Positions 1 through 13,105 of a DNA stretch of 64,000 bases are shown piece after piece. The notes beneath the pieces were generated by a model that saw only the letters and a program-made list of their open reading frames with translations, did not search any database and was not told where the DNA came from. Source of the stretch: Rebecca billardiae RCC1528 (lineage: Eukaryota > Protista > Haptophyta). The position numbers were made by a program, and so were the translations under genes. Each line of letters begins with the position of its first letter. The first letter of the stretch is position 1. The stretch is taken from the NCBI GenBank assembly GCA_965240325.2, contig OZ251233.1, positions 1,736,001 through 1,800,000 on the forward strand, in the 5' to 3' direction.

Positions 1-2829
<2,829 letters not shown>

Positions 2830-3026
2830 TCTCGCACTCGCATGAATGATGACGACGCGCCTGTATACTGACGCGCGACAAAATAATATAGGCCGAACTC
2901 GATCCGGTAGTAGCAGCAGCAGATGACACTTCATCAGGTATGGCGCGACACTATCGAGTATCGGGGCCCACGACATACGGGTAGCGCACGCTGGTTGGCC
3001 CCTGCGCATCGTCGCACCGCGATTGC

Positions 3027-4508
3027 TCAGTGGAGCGCGGCTGAAAGGGGCGGCAGCTGCACCACGCGCTGCGGCGCCGGCTGTATCGCGCCCGGGTCGT
3101 GCACGCCGAGCCCGAGCGCGGCCGACTGCTTGCCGCACGCGTACGCAGCGCCGTCCGCCGTCACAAACAGCGAGTGTGTGGCGCACAGCGAGCACTGGAG
3201 CACACGCGCATGGGCGAGGGTACCCACTTGTAGGGGGGACGCCGACAAGGTGGTCGTGTCAAACCCGAGCTGGCCGTCCCCATTCTTCCCAAACGTGTGC
3301 ACGCTGCCGTCCGCGCACACCACCGCGCTGCCGAAGACAGCGCCGCTGGCGCGCACTGCGCGGACGCCTGCAAGGGCCACAACGGGCGTGGGCACGAGCT
3401 GGGTGGCATAGTCGCCGTGCCCAAGCTCGCCACTATTCCCTGATCCGAACGAGTGCACCCCGCCCGCCGCGTCCACCACCAGGCTGTGGTTAGGGCCCGC
3501 GCTCATGTGCACGGCGCGCACGCCCGCCAGCGCCTCGATGCGCCTCGGCGTGCGCTGAGCCCGTCCGTCGCCGTGGCCGAGCTGGTCCCCGTGGCCGTGG
3601 CCGCAGGAGTACACATCACCACGCGACGAGAGCAGCAGCGTGTGCTGTTGTCCCGCGAATAGCCCACCCACGCGCACGCCGTCCAGCGCCTCGATGCGCG
3701 TCGGCTCGCACCGGTCCTTCGTGTCGCCGTGGCCGAGCTGGCCGCACCAGTTGAAGCCCCAGCTGTACGCACAGCCGGCGGCGGTGAGCGCGAGGCTGTG
3801 CTTGAAGCCGGCCGAAATGCTCACAACGGCAGCACCGCGTAGGTGAGTGACCGGCGCGAACGACTGCCGCTCATCCGTGTCCCCCGTTCCGAGCTGGCCG
3901 AAGCCGTTGTCGCCGCAGCCATACACTGACCCAGCATCGCTCAGAGCGAGCAGGTGGGCCCAGCCCGCCGCCACCGCGACCACGCGCACCGCGGACAGCG
4001 AGGCCACGCGCGTCGGCACACGCACTGCCTGCATGCCTGGGCAGCTGGTAGCCACGTGCGACCGGTACTCACCCGTTGGCGCCCCGGTGGCCTCATCTGT
4101 CACCACCTCCTCGCCGCATGTGTGCAGCCCTCCCTCCGCGTCCACAAACGCGCTGAAGCAGTTCTCCTCGTCTTGCCCGCCGGCGGCCACGACATCCACG
4201 TGCGCGAGCGCGAGCTCGAGCACGTGCTCGCGCGCAAAGAGCTCCTCCGTCCACGTGCTGACGCCCACGGGTAGCGTCGGCGGCAGCGCGCAATCATGCC
4301 CCCGCGCACGCGCGCGCTCGCGCAGAGCGTACTCAATCGGCGAGCGCTCGCTGGGCGCGCCGCGGAAGATGCGCGCCGTGGCGTTGGCGGCGGCGAGGTC
4401 ACGCGCACCGCCGAGGAGCAGGGTGATGCGCGAGATCATCTCGGGCGGCAGGTCGATCAGCAGCCGCGCTCCCGCGTGCGCCTCGTCATGCTCGGGCAAG
4501 GACGCCAT
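3027..4508 (-). CDS. F-box-like plus RCC1-repeat protein
   Basis: N-terminal LIDLPPEMISRI resembles an F-box. Several RCC1 repeats follow (AGxxHSLAL...YSWG.N..GQLGHG). Confidence 0.88.
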   Translation of the reverse strand: MASLPEHDEAHAGARLLIDLPPEMISRITLLLGGARDLAAANATARIFRGAPSERSPIEYALRERARARGHDCALPPTLPVGVSTWTEELFAREHVLELALAHVDVVAAGGQDEENCFSAFVDAEGGLHTCGEEVVTDEATGAPTGEYRSHVATSCPGMQAVRVPTRVASLSAVRVVAVAAGWAHLLALSDAGSVYGCGDNGFGQLGTGDTDERQSFAPVTHLRGAAVVSISAGFKHSLALTAAGCAYSWGFNWCGQLGHGDTKDRCEPTRIEALDGVRVGGLFAGQQHTLLLSSRGDVYSCGHGHGDQLGHGDGRAQRTPRRIEALAGVRAVHMSAGPNHSLVVDAAGGVHSFGSGNSGELGHGDYATQLVPTPVVALAGVRAVRASGAVFGSAVVCADGSVHTFGKNGDGQLGFDTTTLSASPLQVGTLAHARVLQCSLCATHSLFVTADGAAYACGKQSAALGLGVHDPGAIQPAPQRVVQLPPLSAALH

Positions 4509-4844
4509 CGTCTCACCTTGAGCAGTGAAGAGTCAACGATCGTACTACTGTAAAGTATTGTACTGTAGCTCCTACAGTACAGTACAAACACGTACAGTAA
4601 CATGTTGAATCGCGCGCGGTGTTCGTCATCAACGGCATTATTGTCATCCACGAGCAGCTGCAAGGTCACGCGACATGCAGTACGTGAAGTGATCATCGGT
4701 GACAGTGCCGACGGCGCTCCAAGCGCAACGCGGAATGCCAGGCGTGCGCAGTCGCGGTCGTCGGTGACATGATGTCATCGTCGCGCCATTCGTCATCATG
4801 GCCACGCGAGTCACACATCTGTATCTGGTTTGCGCGCCTGTTGC

Positions 4845-6524
4845 TCAGGCTGCCGCCCCGGCCGACGTCGGCCCGTGGTCGAGCGAGCCGCGCACCTGGT
4901 GCTTGCTGAGCTTGGCGGCGATCGGGCGCACGCGCACGCGCAGCCCGGAGCGCTTGGGCCCGAGCGTGACATCGGTGAACTCCTCCGGAGAGAGGTCCTC
5001 GCCCGCGGCGCCGGGCAGCGGCGGCGCCAGCTCGTACTCTCGGAGCACGGTGGCGAGGAAGGTGACCGCCTCGAGCTCGGCGAGCCGGAAGCCGAGGCAC
5101 ATGCGCGGGCCGCCGCCGAACGGGCACCACTGCGCGCGCGCCGGCCCCGCGCGCGCTTGCGCGTGCCGGGCGGGGCAGAACTCCTCCGCGTCACTGAAGA
5201 GGCTTGGGTCGCGCGCGGCGACAGCGACTGAGAGCATGCACACGGCGCCGCGCGGCACGTGCACGCCGCCCACCGTGGTCGCGCGCGTGCACAGCCGGCC
5301 GACCGAGGGCACGGTCGGGTACAGGCGGAGCGCCTCGTAGAAGACATCGCGGAGCGCTGAGAGCTGCGCCACGTGCTCGTACGCCAGGGGCCCGTCGCCG
5401 AGCGTGGCCAGCAGCACGGCGCGCAGCCGCGCCTGCTCAGCTGGGTCGTGCGCGAGGAGGTGCAGCGCCCAGGAGAGCGTGTTGGCCGTGGTCTCGTGGC
5501 CCGCGATGAGCAGGGCGATGATGTGGTCGCGCGCGTCCTCGAACGGTAGCTCGGCGCGGGCGAGCGCCTTCAGCAGAGATCCCTCGGCGGCAGCCCCGCC
5601 GCCCTCCTGAGGCCGGTCTGCATTCGTGGCGCAGGGCGAGCGAGGCGCGCCCGCGCGGTCGTACAGCTTGCGCGCGATCTCGGCGTACAGCCGGATGGCC
5701 TCGAGCATGCGCGACTGGCTTGCAGGTTGCAGCGCCTTCGGCAGCGCGCGGACCAGCCGCGCGAGCGCGCACGGCACCGCGAACATGGCCATGCCCCCGG
5801 CCAAGATGTGCGAGCCAGCATCGATGTAAGGCGAGCGCGAGTGCGCCATGCTGGCCTCGAGCGCGCCAAAGTCGACGCCGAAGCCGATGTCGCCGATCAC
5901 GTCGAGAGTCGACGCGACGAGCGGGTCCGAGACCTCCGCTTGCGCCCACCCCGCCTCCTCGCCGTCCCCGCCGTGCGGAGGCGGCGCCTGCGCGCGCAGC
6001 GATGCGCTCATCTGCTGCGCGCGCGCGGCGACGGACTCAAAGTAGGAGCGAAGCGCCCCGGATGAGAGGGCGGGGAGGAGCGCGTGGCGGTGCGCGCGCC
6101 ACACGTCGTTCGTTGGCTGCTGGAGGATGCCGCGCGGGAGCGCGCCGTTGCCGCCGGGCCGCACGTTGAAGCTTGCGGAGTCCTTCAAGATGGATTGCTC
6201 GGCGGTCGCCGCGTTGGAGAAGCACAGCGTGGCGCCGCGACCGAAGGGGAGGACGAGCTTGACGACCGGGCCGTACTTGGCATGGAGCTGACGCAGGTAC
6301 AGATGGCGCTGCGTGTAGAAGCTTGGGCGGCCCTCGCCGCCGGCCATGTGCGCGATGGCGCCGAGCCAAAACGAGTACGCCGGCCCCGGCACGTTGCGGA
6401 TGGTGCGCAGGAAGCGGAGACGCTCGGCCAGCGCGTACGCGGCGATGATCGCGAGGAAAGTCAGCGCAGTCTTGATCGTGGCGAGGTGCGTCAGCTCGCC
6501 AGTCACCACCGTGAGCATTGACAT
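4845..6524 (-). CDS. Cytochrome P450 with N-terminal membrane anchor
   Basis: I-helix AGHETTA, EALR (ExxR) and heme motif PFGGGPRMCLG. The likely ATG is at 6524. Confidence 0.95.
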   Translation of the reverse strand: MSMLTVVTGELTHLATIKTALTFLAIIAAYALAERLRFLRTIRNVPGPAYSFWLGAIAHMAGGEGRPSFYTQRHLYLRQLHAKYGPVVKLVLPFGRGATLCFSNAATAEQSILKDSASFNVRPGGNGALPRGILQQPTNDVWRAHRHALLPALSSGALRSYFESVAARAQQMSASLRAQAPPPHGGDGEEAGWAQAEVSDPLVASTLDVIGDIGFGVDFGALEASMAHSRSPYIDAGSHILAGGMAMFAVPCALARLVRALPKALQPASQSRMLEAIRLYAEIARKLYDRAGAPRSPCATNADRPQEGGGAAAEGSLLKALARAELPFEDARDHIIALLIAGHETTANTLSWALHLLAHDPAEQARLRAVLLATLGDGPLAYEHVAQLSALRDVFYEALRLYPTVPSVGRLCTRATTVGGVHVPRGAVCMLSVAVAARDPSLFSDAEEFCPARHAQARAGPARAQWCPFGGGPRMCLGFRLAELEAVTFLATVLREYELAPPLPGAAGEDLSPEEFTDVTLGPKRSGLRVRVRPIAAKLSKHQVRGSLDHGPTSAGAAA

Positions 6525-6783
6525 CGTGGCTGGATGCGGAGGGTGCCGGCGAGCGTGTCTCAGCGTGGAGTTCGCAGTGGACGGCCAGTGGTGGTCGCGC
6601 CTTGGCGCGCACTTTCGGCTCGGCCAATTTCGGAGCCCTGCCGTCGGGCATTTTTTCGGGGGCATCGACCCCCCCCTTTATTTTTCCGCCCGCCGGACGC
6701 GTCCGGGCCGGGCCGTGCGTCCGCGGCGGGCGTGAAACGGGCGGGCTGGGCTGCTTTTGAGCTCGCCGAGACGACGCCCCAAG

Positions 6784-9609
6784 ATGCGGACCAAGGCGCA
6801 GCACGCGAACGCGAACGCGGACGGCCCGCTCCAGCTGATCCGGGCGGAGAGCGACGGGCGGCTGAGTGTCTGCGAGGATGCTGCCGCGCGCATCCAGGCG
6901 CTACCCGGCGAGTTCGGCGTGTGCGTCGTCGGCGGCGCATATCGCACCGGCAAGTCCTTCCTGCTCAACCAGCTGACGGAGCGCGGCGGCGCGAGCGGCT
7001 TTCGCGTGGGCTCGAGCGTGAACGCGTGCACGAAGGGCATCTGGATGTGGGGTTCGCCCGTGCAGCTCACGCCGAACGCGCCGCCCGTCCTCTTCCTCGA
7101 CACCGAAGGCCTCTCGTCCACGGTCGCGGACGAGCAGCACGATGCGAAAATCTTTTCCCTCGCGGTGCTCCTTGGCTCCATGTTCGTGTACAACGGGGAG
7201 AAGGTGGTGAACAACGCGGCGATCGACTCGCTCTCACTCGTCGCCAACCTCACCGAGCGCATCCGTACCGCCGCCTCCTCGGACGGCGAGCCGACGCGCG
7301 CGGACGACTCGCAGGGCGGTGGCTCGGACGACACGGCCGCGGCCTCGCTCGCCGCGGAGCTGCCGGACTTCGTGTGGCTCCTTCGCGACGCGTTCCTCGC
7401 GTTCGAGGACGACAGCGGCCGTCCAATCAGCCCGCCCGAGTACCTCGAGCGCTCGCTGCAGCCGCAGCCCGGTAAGGGCGCGGCGGCCGCGGAGCGCAAC
7501 GCGACCCGTGCCGCCATCGCGCGCCTCTTCCGCAGCCGCACTCTGCACGCTCTGCCGCACCCGACGGTGGGCACCGCGGTGGCGGAGGGCGAGCTCTCGA
7601 CGCTGCCCGACCTGTCGCGCGTCAACCCGGCCTTCCGTGACGCGCTTGGCGCCTTGCGCACCCACATCGCCGGCGCGATCCGCCCCAAGGCCGTGTGCGG
7701 CACGACGCTGACTGGAGGCGCCTACGTGCAGCTCGCGCGCGCGTACGTGTCCGCGATCAACGATGGCGCCGTGCCCACGATCCGCTCGGCGTGGGCGGCG
7801 GTCGCGTCGGCGGAGTGCGAGACGGCGGCACGCGCGGCCGTCGAGGCGTACGCCGCCTCGCTGCGCGCCGCCCTCGACGCCGACCCGTCCGCCTCCGAGG
7901 CGAGCGTCGAGCGTGCGCACGCAAGCGCTCTGTCTGTGGCCGTTGCCGCATTCCGCGCGCGCGCAGTCGGAGCGCCCGGACTGGTCGCCGAGCACGAGGG
8001 TCGCGTGCGCGAGGCGGCAGAGACAGAGAAGGGGCGGCAGCTCGAGCTGCTGAGCGCGCGCTCGAGTGCAGCGTGCGAGCTCGCGCTCTCGCGCGCGCGC
8101 GAGGCCCTGCGCGCCGCGGCCGCAACCGTGAGCAGCGTGCCATCGGCCGCGGACGGCGCGCGCGCGTGCGCGCACGAGGCGCAGACGGTCGCGGCCGCGC
8201 TCGCCACGGGCGCGCGCGGCCCGGCGCGCGACGGCGCGCTCGTCGCGTTCGCGTGCGACGTGCTCCCCGGCTGGGCCTCCGAGCTCGTCGGCGCCGCCGG
8301 TGCGCGCACCGAGGCGGCACAAGCTGAGCTCGCGGCCGCGCGCTCACAGGCCGAGAAGGCGCGCGCGCGCGCGGACGAGGCCACTGCGCGCGCCACGGCC
8401 GCCGCCAAGGAGTCCGCGGACGCACTCGCCGAGGCGCGCGCTCGCGCGAGCGGCGCGCAGGCGCGCGCCGAGGCGTCCAGCGCGGAGCTCGCGGCCGCGC
8501 GCACGCAGGCCGACGCTGCGCGCGCGCGCGCGGACGAGGCCGCGGCGCGCGCCACCGCGGCAGACAAGGAAACGGCTGTGGCTCTTGCTGAGGCGAGCGC
8601 TCGCGCGAGCGGCGCGGAGGCACGCGCGGAGCAGCTGCAGCGGCGCGTGGCGGATGCCGAGGCCGCCGCCGAGCGCGCGCGCACGAGCGGTCGCGAGGAT
8701 GAGGCGCGGGCGCACGCCTCGGCCGTCTCAGCGCAGCGCGCCGCCGACGCCGCGCGCGCAGAGGTAGCCGCCATCGCTGAGCGCGCGGCCAGCGCGGAGG
8801 CGCGCATGGCAGCGGCCGACGCCGACGCGCGCGCGGCGAACGAGTCGCTGGGCGCGCAGGCAGCCGAGCTCACGCGCGTCCGCGCCGACGCGGCGGCCTC
8901 CTCCGCCGAGTGCGCCACGCTGCGCGCGCAACTGGCTGCCCTGTCCGAAGTGCGCGCGCGACATGCGCGGCCGCACGGCGTCGCACCACCGCGCCGCGCG
9001 GCGCGCTGCGCGTGCGCACGCGCGTGAGTGAGGCGTGGGTACGAGCGCGCGCTGACGCGTCGAGCGCGACGCCCGCCCCGTCCCTGCGCTTCGCAGGAGC
9101 TCACGCGAGCGCGCCAGGCGCGCGCAGCCGCCCCGGCCGCGCCGGCGATTCCCTCGCCGCTGCGCGAGCTGGCCGCCGATCAGCCGGGCGCGGCCGCTCC
9201 GGCCGCGGGCACCAAGCGGCGCCGCACGGAGACCTCGGCAGGCGCGCTGGTTGAGCCGGCGTATGAGCCCGAGCTGCCGCCGCTGCCGCCGGCGGAGGGC
9301 GAGGCCGAGGCGAGCACCACGGCGTGCGCGCCGCTCCCATCGGTGCGCACGCAGCCGCAGCCCACCTACGCCCCGCGCGCGCCGTGGCGCGCAACCCCAC
9401 CCCGCGTCGGTGCCGCGCGCGCTGCTTGCGCGCGGCGCGACCGCCGGCCACGCGCTCAGCAGCAGCCCCTGACCACGCCGCGCGTCACCGCCCACGCTCC
9501 GCAGGCGGCTGTGATGCAGGCGCGCCTGAAGAAGGCCGGGCTGACCGCAAAGGCAATCCCCCGCAAGCGCGCCGAGCTCGAGGTGCTCTACCGGCAGCAC
9601 TGCCACTGA
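6784..9609 (+). CDS. Guanylate-binding protein-like (GBP/atlastin family) GTPase with long coiled coil and C-terminal LEM/HeH-like module (introns 8950-9096, 9343-9504)
   Basis: GAYRTGKSFLLN, CTKGIWMWG, LDTEG and WLLRD motifs, an Ala-rich coiled coil and a KRRR motif. The GT-AG introns keep the frame to the TGA at 9609. Confidence 0.88.
8326..8631 (+). repeat. Internal tandem duplication (159-bp period, 53 aa) in the GBP coiled coil
   Basis: ELAAARSQAEKARARADEATARATAA... is repeated as ELAAARTQADAARARADEAAARATAA... Confidence 0.85.
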
Positions 9610-10132
9610 GCTCACTGAGGAAGGCGTGAGCTATGATCAAGATGCGCTGAAGATACTACTATACGACGAGGGACGACATCCTTGGATCCTTGGTGAGGCC
9701 CCAGCGGATGACCCACCGCGCGAGAGGGGGCGTCCTCCGGCTTGATGTCAAGACGACTGATGACGAGAGTCACGAGAGTAGGCTGCGCTACGGAGTTCGG
9801 GGCCGGGGGTGAGTGTCACCGCTACCGGGTGGCGGGTCGAGCCAGACGCGGCAGACGCCAGACGGTGAGTGAGAGAGTCTGTCACAGAGAGAGAGAGGGT
9901 CGTGAGAGAGTTCTGCAGTACCCGAGTACGCCGTCGTACGCAGTATCATACGGCAGTTTGCCAGTGCCAGCCAGTACGGCGGAGTAGACGTCGTAGTATA
10001 TGCATATGCATATATACCTGATATACGACGCGTAGTAGGCGTAGTTAGAACAGCACTGCCTCGCCCTCCGGCCGCCCGCCGCCACCGCGCCCGACGATAG
10101 CTTCTCCTGCTTCACGTCCGGTCAGGGCGTCG

Positions 10133-11296
10133 TCAGGCGGCCACCGCCCCAGTCCACGGCCAAGCGTCATTGAACAGGGTGAGGGCATCGACTGCCGCGT
10201 TGGCGGCGTCGGGGCTGCGAGCGCCGAAGACGAGCGCCGCGTCATCGATGCCGCGAGCCATCGTCTCCACCGCGAAGCTGGGCTCCAGGTGGTAGGCCAG
10301 CGCCAGGTGGAAGCCGGGCGCCTTCAAGAGGTTGCACACGAGCTGCGCGCGAGCCGGGGGCGGCGGCGGCTGCGCCTGCGGCTCAGCGCGCGCGGCGCTG
10401 GCGGCGAGGTGCGCGTCAAAGTCGACGAATGCGTTGCACGGCATCGCCACGCCTCCATCCACGCACCACCGCCCCTCGCACTGCTCCAGGAACGTGCCTG
10501 TTGCAGTGAACGCCTCGCGCACGGCGCGCCGCGTCCCGAGCCTCGCGATCAGCCGCCCGCGCGGCCGGGCGAACGGCGTGGTGACGGCGACGAAGACGCG
10601 GCCGTCGAGCGCGCGGGCAAGGGCAGCGTCCTCGCCTTCCTCCCCCGACCCGTCGCTCGCCTTGTCGGCGCCGTGCGCAGGACCAGGAGCCCCGGACTCG
10701 GGCGCAGGACCAGGAGCCCCGGACTCGGGAGAAGCCGCCGGCGCATCGGCCGCACCCCACGTGCGCGCTATCCAGTCCGCCAGCCAGCGCTGCTGGTGGT
10801 CGACCGTGGCCGGGCCGATGCCGCCGTTCGCTGCATGTAGATCCGCCATCGCGAGGTAGTGCGCCACCGCGTGCGCCTCGCTCGGCGCGAGGTTGAGCAC
10901 CACAGCCGCCTTGGCACCTGACGAGGCGCCTGCATACCGCCGGAGCGCGAGCGGCGCGCCCGCGCGGATCAGCGCGGTGAGCAGCATGTGCACGCCGACG
11001 AAGTAGACGGCATGAAACCCAGCACCCGAGCACGCGAGGTCGAGCTCGGGGGGCCACCACGACGCCGCCTCGCCACCGGCCGCGCGTGCGCGCATGAGGC
11101 GCGCCGCCGCGGCATCCGCACGCGCGAGCAGCGCAACCACGCGCTCGTCGTCGGCGGGCGGGCGCGAAAGCAGCCGAAAGAGCTCGGCATCAAGCTCCGC
11201 CAGGCTCTTCCGGTAGATAGGACGGCGCAGCGTGGCTAGCGCACGCGGGATCCATCCTGTAGTGCCCGCCCACTGCGCCGATTGTGGGGCCGCCAT
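10133..11296 (-). CDS. Patatin-like phospholipase (PNPLA family)
   Basis: SGAGFHAVYFVGV oxyanion loop, GASSG nucleophile motif and DGG motif. Confidence 0.85.
   Translation of the reverse strand: MAAPQSAQWAGTTGWIPRALATLRRPIYRKSLAELDAELFRLLSRPPADDERVVALLARADAAAARLMRARAAGGEAASWWPPELDLACSGAGFHAVYFVGVHMLLTALIRAGAPLALRRYAGASSGAKAAVVLNLAPSEAHAVAHYLAMADLHAANGGIGPATVDHQQRWLADWIARTWGAADAPAASPESGAPGPAPESGAPGPAHGADKASDGSGEEGEDAALARALDGRVFVAVTTPFARPRGRLIARLGTRRAVREAFTATGTFLEQCEGRWCVDGGVAMPCNAFVDFDAHLAASAARAEPQAQPPPPPARAQLVCNLLKAPGFHLALAYHLEPSFAVETMARGIDDAALVFGARSPDAANAAVDALTLFNDAWPWTGAVAA
10675..10728. repeat. Perfect 27-bp tandem duplication inside the patatin CDS
   Basis: gcgcaggaccaggagccccggactcgg x2, encoding PESGAPGPA x2. 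Confidence 0.9.
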
Positions 11297-12031
11297 CGTA
11301 CTATCATTATCATAAGACTACTATAACAGTTTGAAACAAATATTACCACTACCCCCATAGGCCCATACAGTAAGAATAAGAGACGCCTATGACACACAGT
11401 AGTAGTAGCTCAGGCAGCAGGCGAGATTGATGACGCCAGCAGTGACTGATGTCACCGCCCATGAAGCCGTCGCCGATGATAGCGCGCAGTCGTGAGTCGG
11501 AATAATATAAGCAGCAGATGATTCATGAAATATCTTATTCAGCCGTCCGCCGCCTGCGAGTGCGAAGTGCCGGAAGTGCGAGGGCCTGGCGGCGACCCGA
11601 GCGGTCGTGCAGCTGCTGGATGAAGGCTGCGCGCAAAATAGTAACATTGAATACGAAATGATGTATACGACTATAATCGGCCCATCACCGCCCATGATGC
11701 AAACGAGCCCCGCGCCCGCTGCCGCTGTCGCCAACCTGCAACCACCCTGCGGCGTGCGTCGCGCGCGCACGCCGCGACAGTCACGGTCTTAGGCGGGCTG
11801 CGCGGCACGAGCGCACGCGCGCCGACGCGTCGCGGGCGCGTGCGACGCGCGACGCGTCGCGGAGCGTCTCGGCGCGGTGCGCGCGCGTACGGTATGCATA
11901 ATAAGTAGGTCACAAGCCAAGGCAGCCGGCGCCGAGCCCCCCGAGCCCCCCGGCCCGCGCGTTGGCGGCATCCTGGCTCCTGCCGGACCACTGACCGGCC
12001 GCCAGCACGGTGGCATCCGGATGGTGCGCGC

Positions 12032-12888
12032 TCACTCATCGACGCCAGCGGCATATCCACCCAGGGCCTCAGCCACCGCCCCCTCCCCGCGTGCGCTGCT
12101 GCTGATGGCGTTGGCACCATGCCTCGCATGTAGCAGCGCGCGCAGCAGATACGCAATGGCGCACACGAGCAGCGCGATCACCGCGCTCTGGACGCGCAGC
12201 GCGCCCGGCAGGGGCGCGTCAGGCGTGGGCGCCAAGTCACGCACGTCGCCGTACGGCACGTCGCGCCGCAGGCCCTCGCACGAGTCCGGATGCCCCGCGC
12301 CGATCATGCGCGCTGCATAGTCCTGGCGTAGGTAGCTCGCCGCGCGCTTGCGAGCTTCCGGCTCGGAGTGCGCATCGACGCGTAGGCTGTCGAGCGCGTC
12401 CACGCCCTCGACGAGGACGAAGACGAGCGTGTTTAGCGCGTCAGTCGCCACGCGCAGCAGCGCGCCCGCGTCGATGCCGTCGAGCAGGTGCTGCGCATCC
12501 TCGTCCACGCACGCCTGTCCGAGCTGCATCAGCCGTTCTGCCGTGCGCTTCGTGAGCAGCTGCTCGGCGTGCGCGCCAAGCGTCTCGCGTATCTCGGGGA
12601 TGCGCTTGAGGTTGTTGGGGTGGATGCCGCGGTGCTGCACGGTGATGAATCTGGTCAGCACCGCCGTCGCCTCCGTGGAGATCTGCGCGCGACGCCGCGC
12701 AGGCGGTCAGCTTGCACGCTGGCGCGTGCGCGGGGCATGCGGTGTGCGCAGGGACGCGCGGCACTCACATCGGGATCGACGCGCTGCAAGAGCCTTGCCA
12801 CAGCGTCCATTGAGCGCATGTGCCGCTCGCGCGCGTCGTCGACCTCGTCCTCGTCCTCGATCGCGTCGAAGCGGCTGTAGTCCACCAT
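12032..12888 (-). CDS. Hypothetical protein with MVDYSRFDAI N-terminus (intron 12768-12683)
   Basis: The ATG at 12888, a GTGAGT donor and a CAG acceptor join in frame to the 12032..12661 ORF. The N-terminus resembles the Cdc37-like 'DYS.FD.I' motif. Confidence 0.65.
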
Positions 12889-13105
12889 GCTGCTCGCGCC
12901 GATCGCGCCCACGCGGAACGCCTGCTTTTGCCGCCAAGAACCGCGGTCCGGATTCGGCGATTTCAAGTTCCCGAAGACCCGGACGTGAAACTGTGCGCCG
13001 CCTGCACACCTCCACCGCCGCGCCACCGGCCCACCGCCAGACGCCGACGGTCAGACAGTAGAACGCGCGGACCAACTACGCCAGCTATTTAACAGTCTGA
13101 CATCG

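Noticed and set aside
4845-11296. P450 and patatin (with the distant lipid kinase) as a lipid biosynthetic cluster
   Set aside because: They are interspersed with unrelated housekeeping genes and there is no core synthase.
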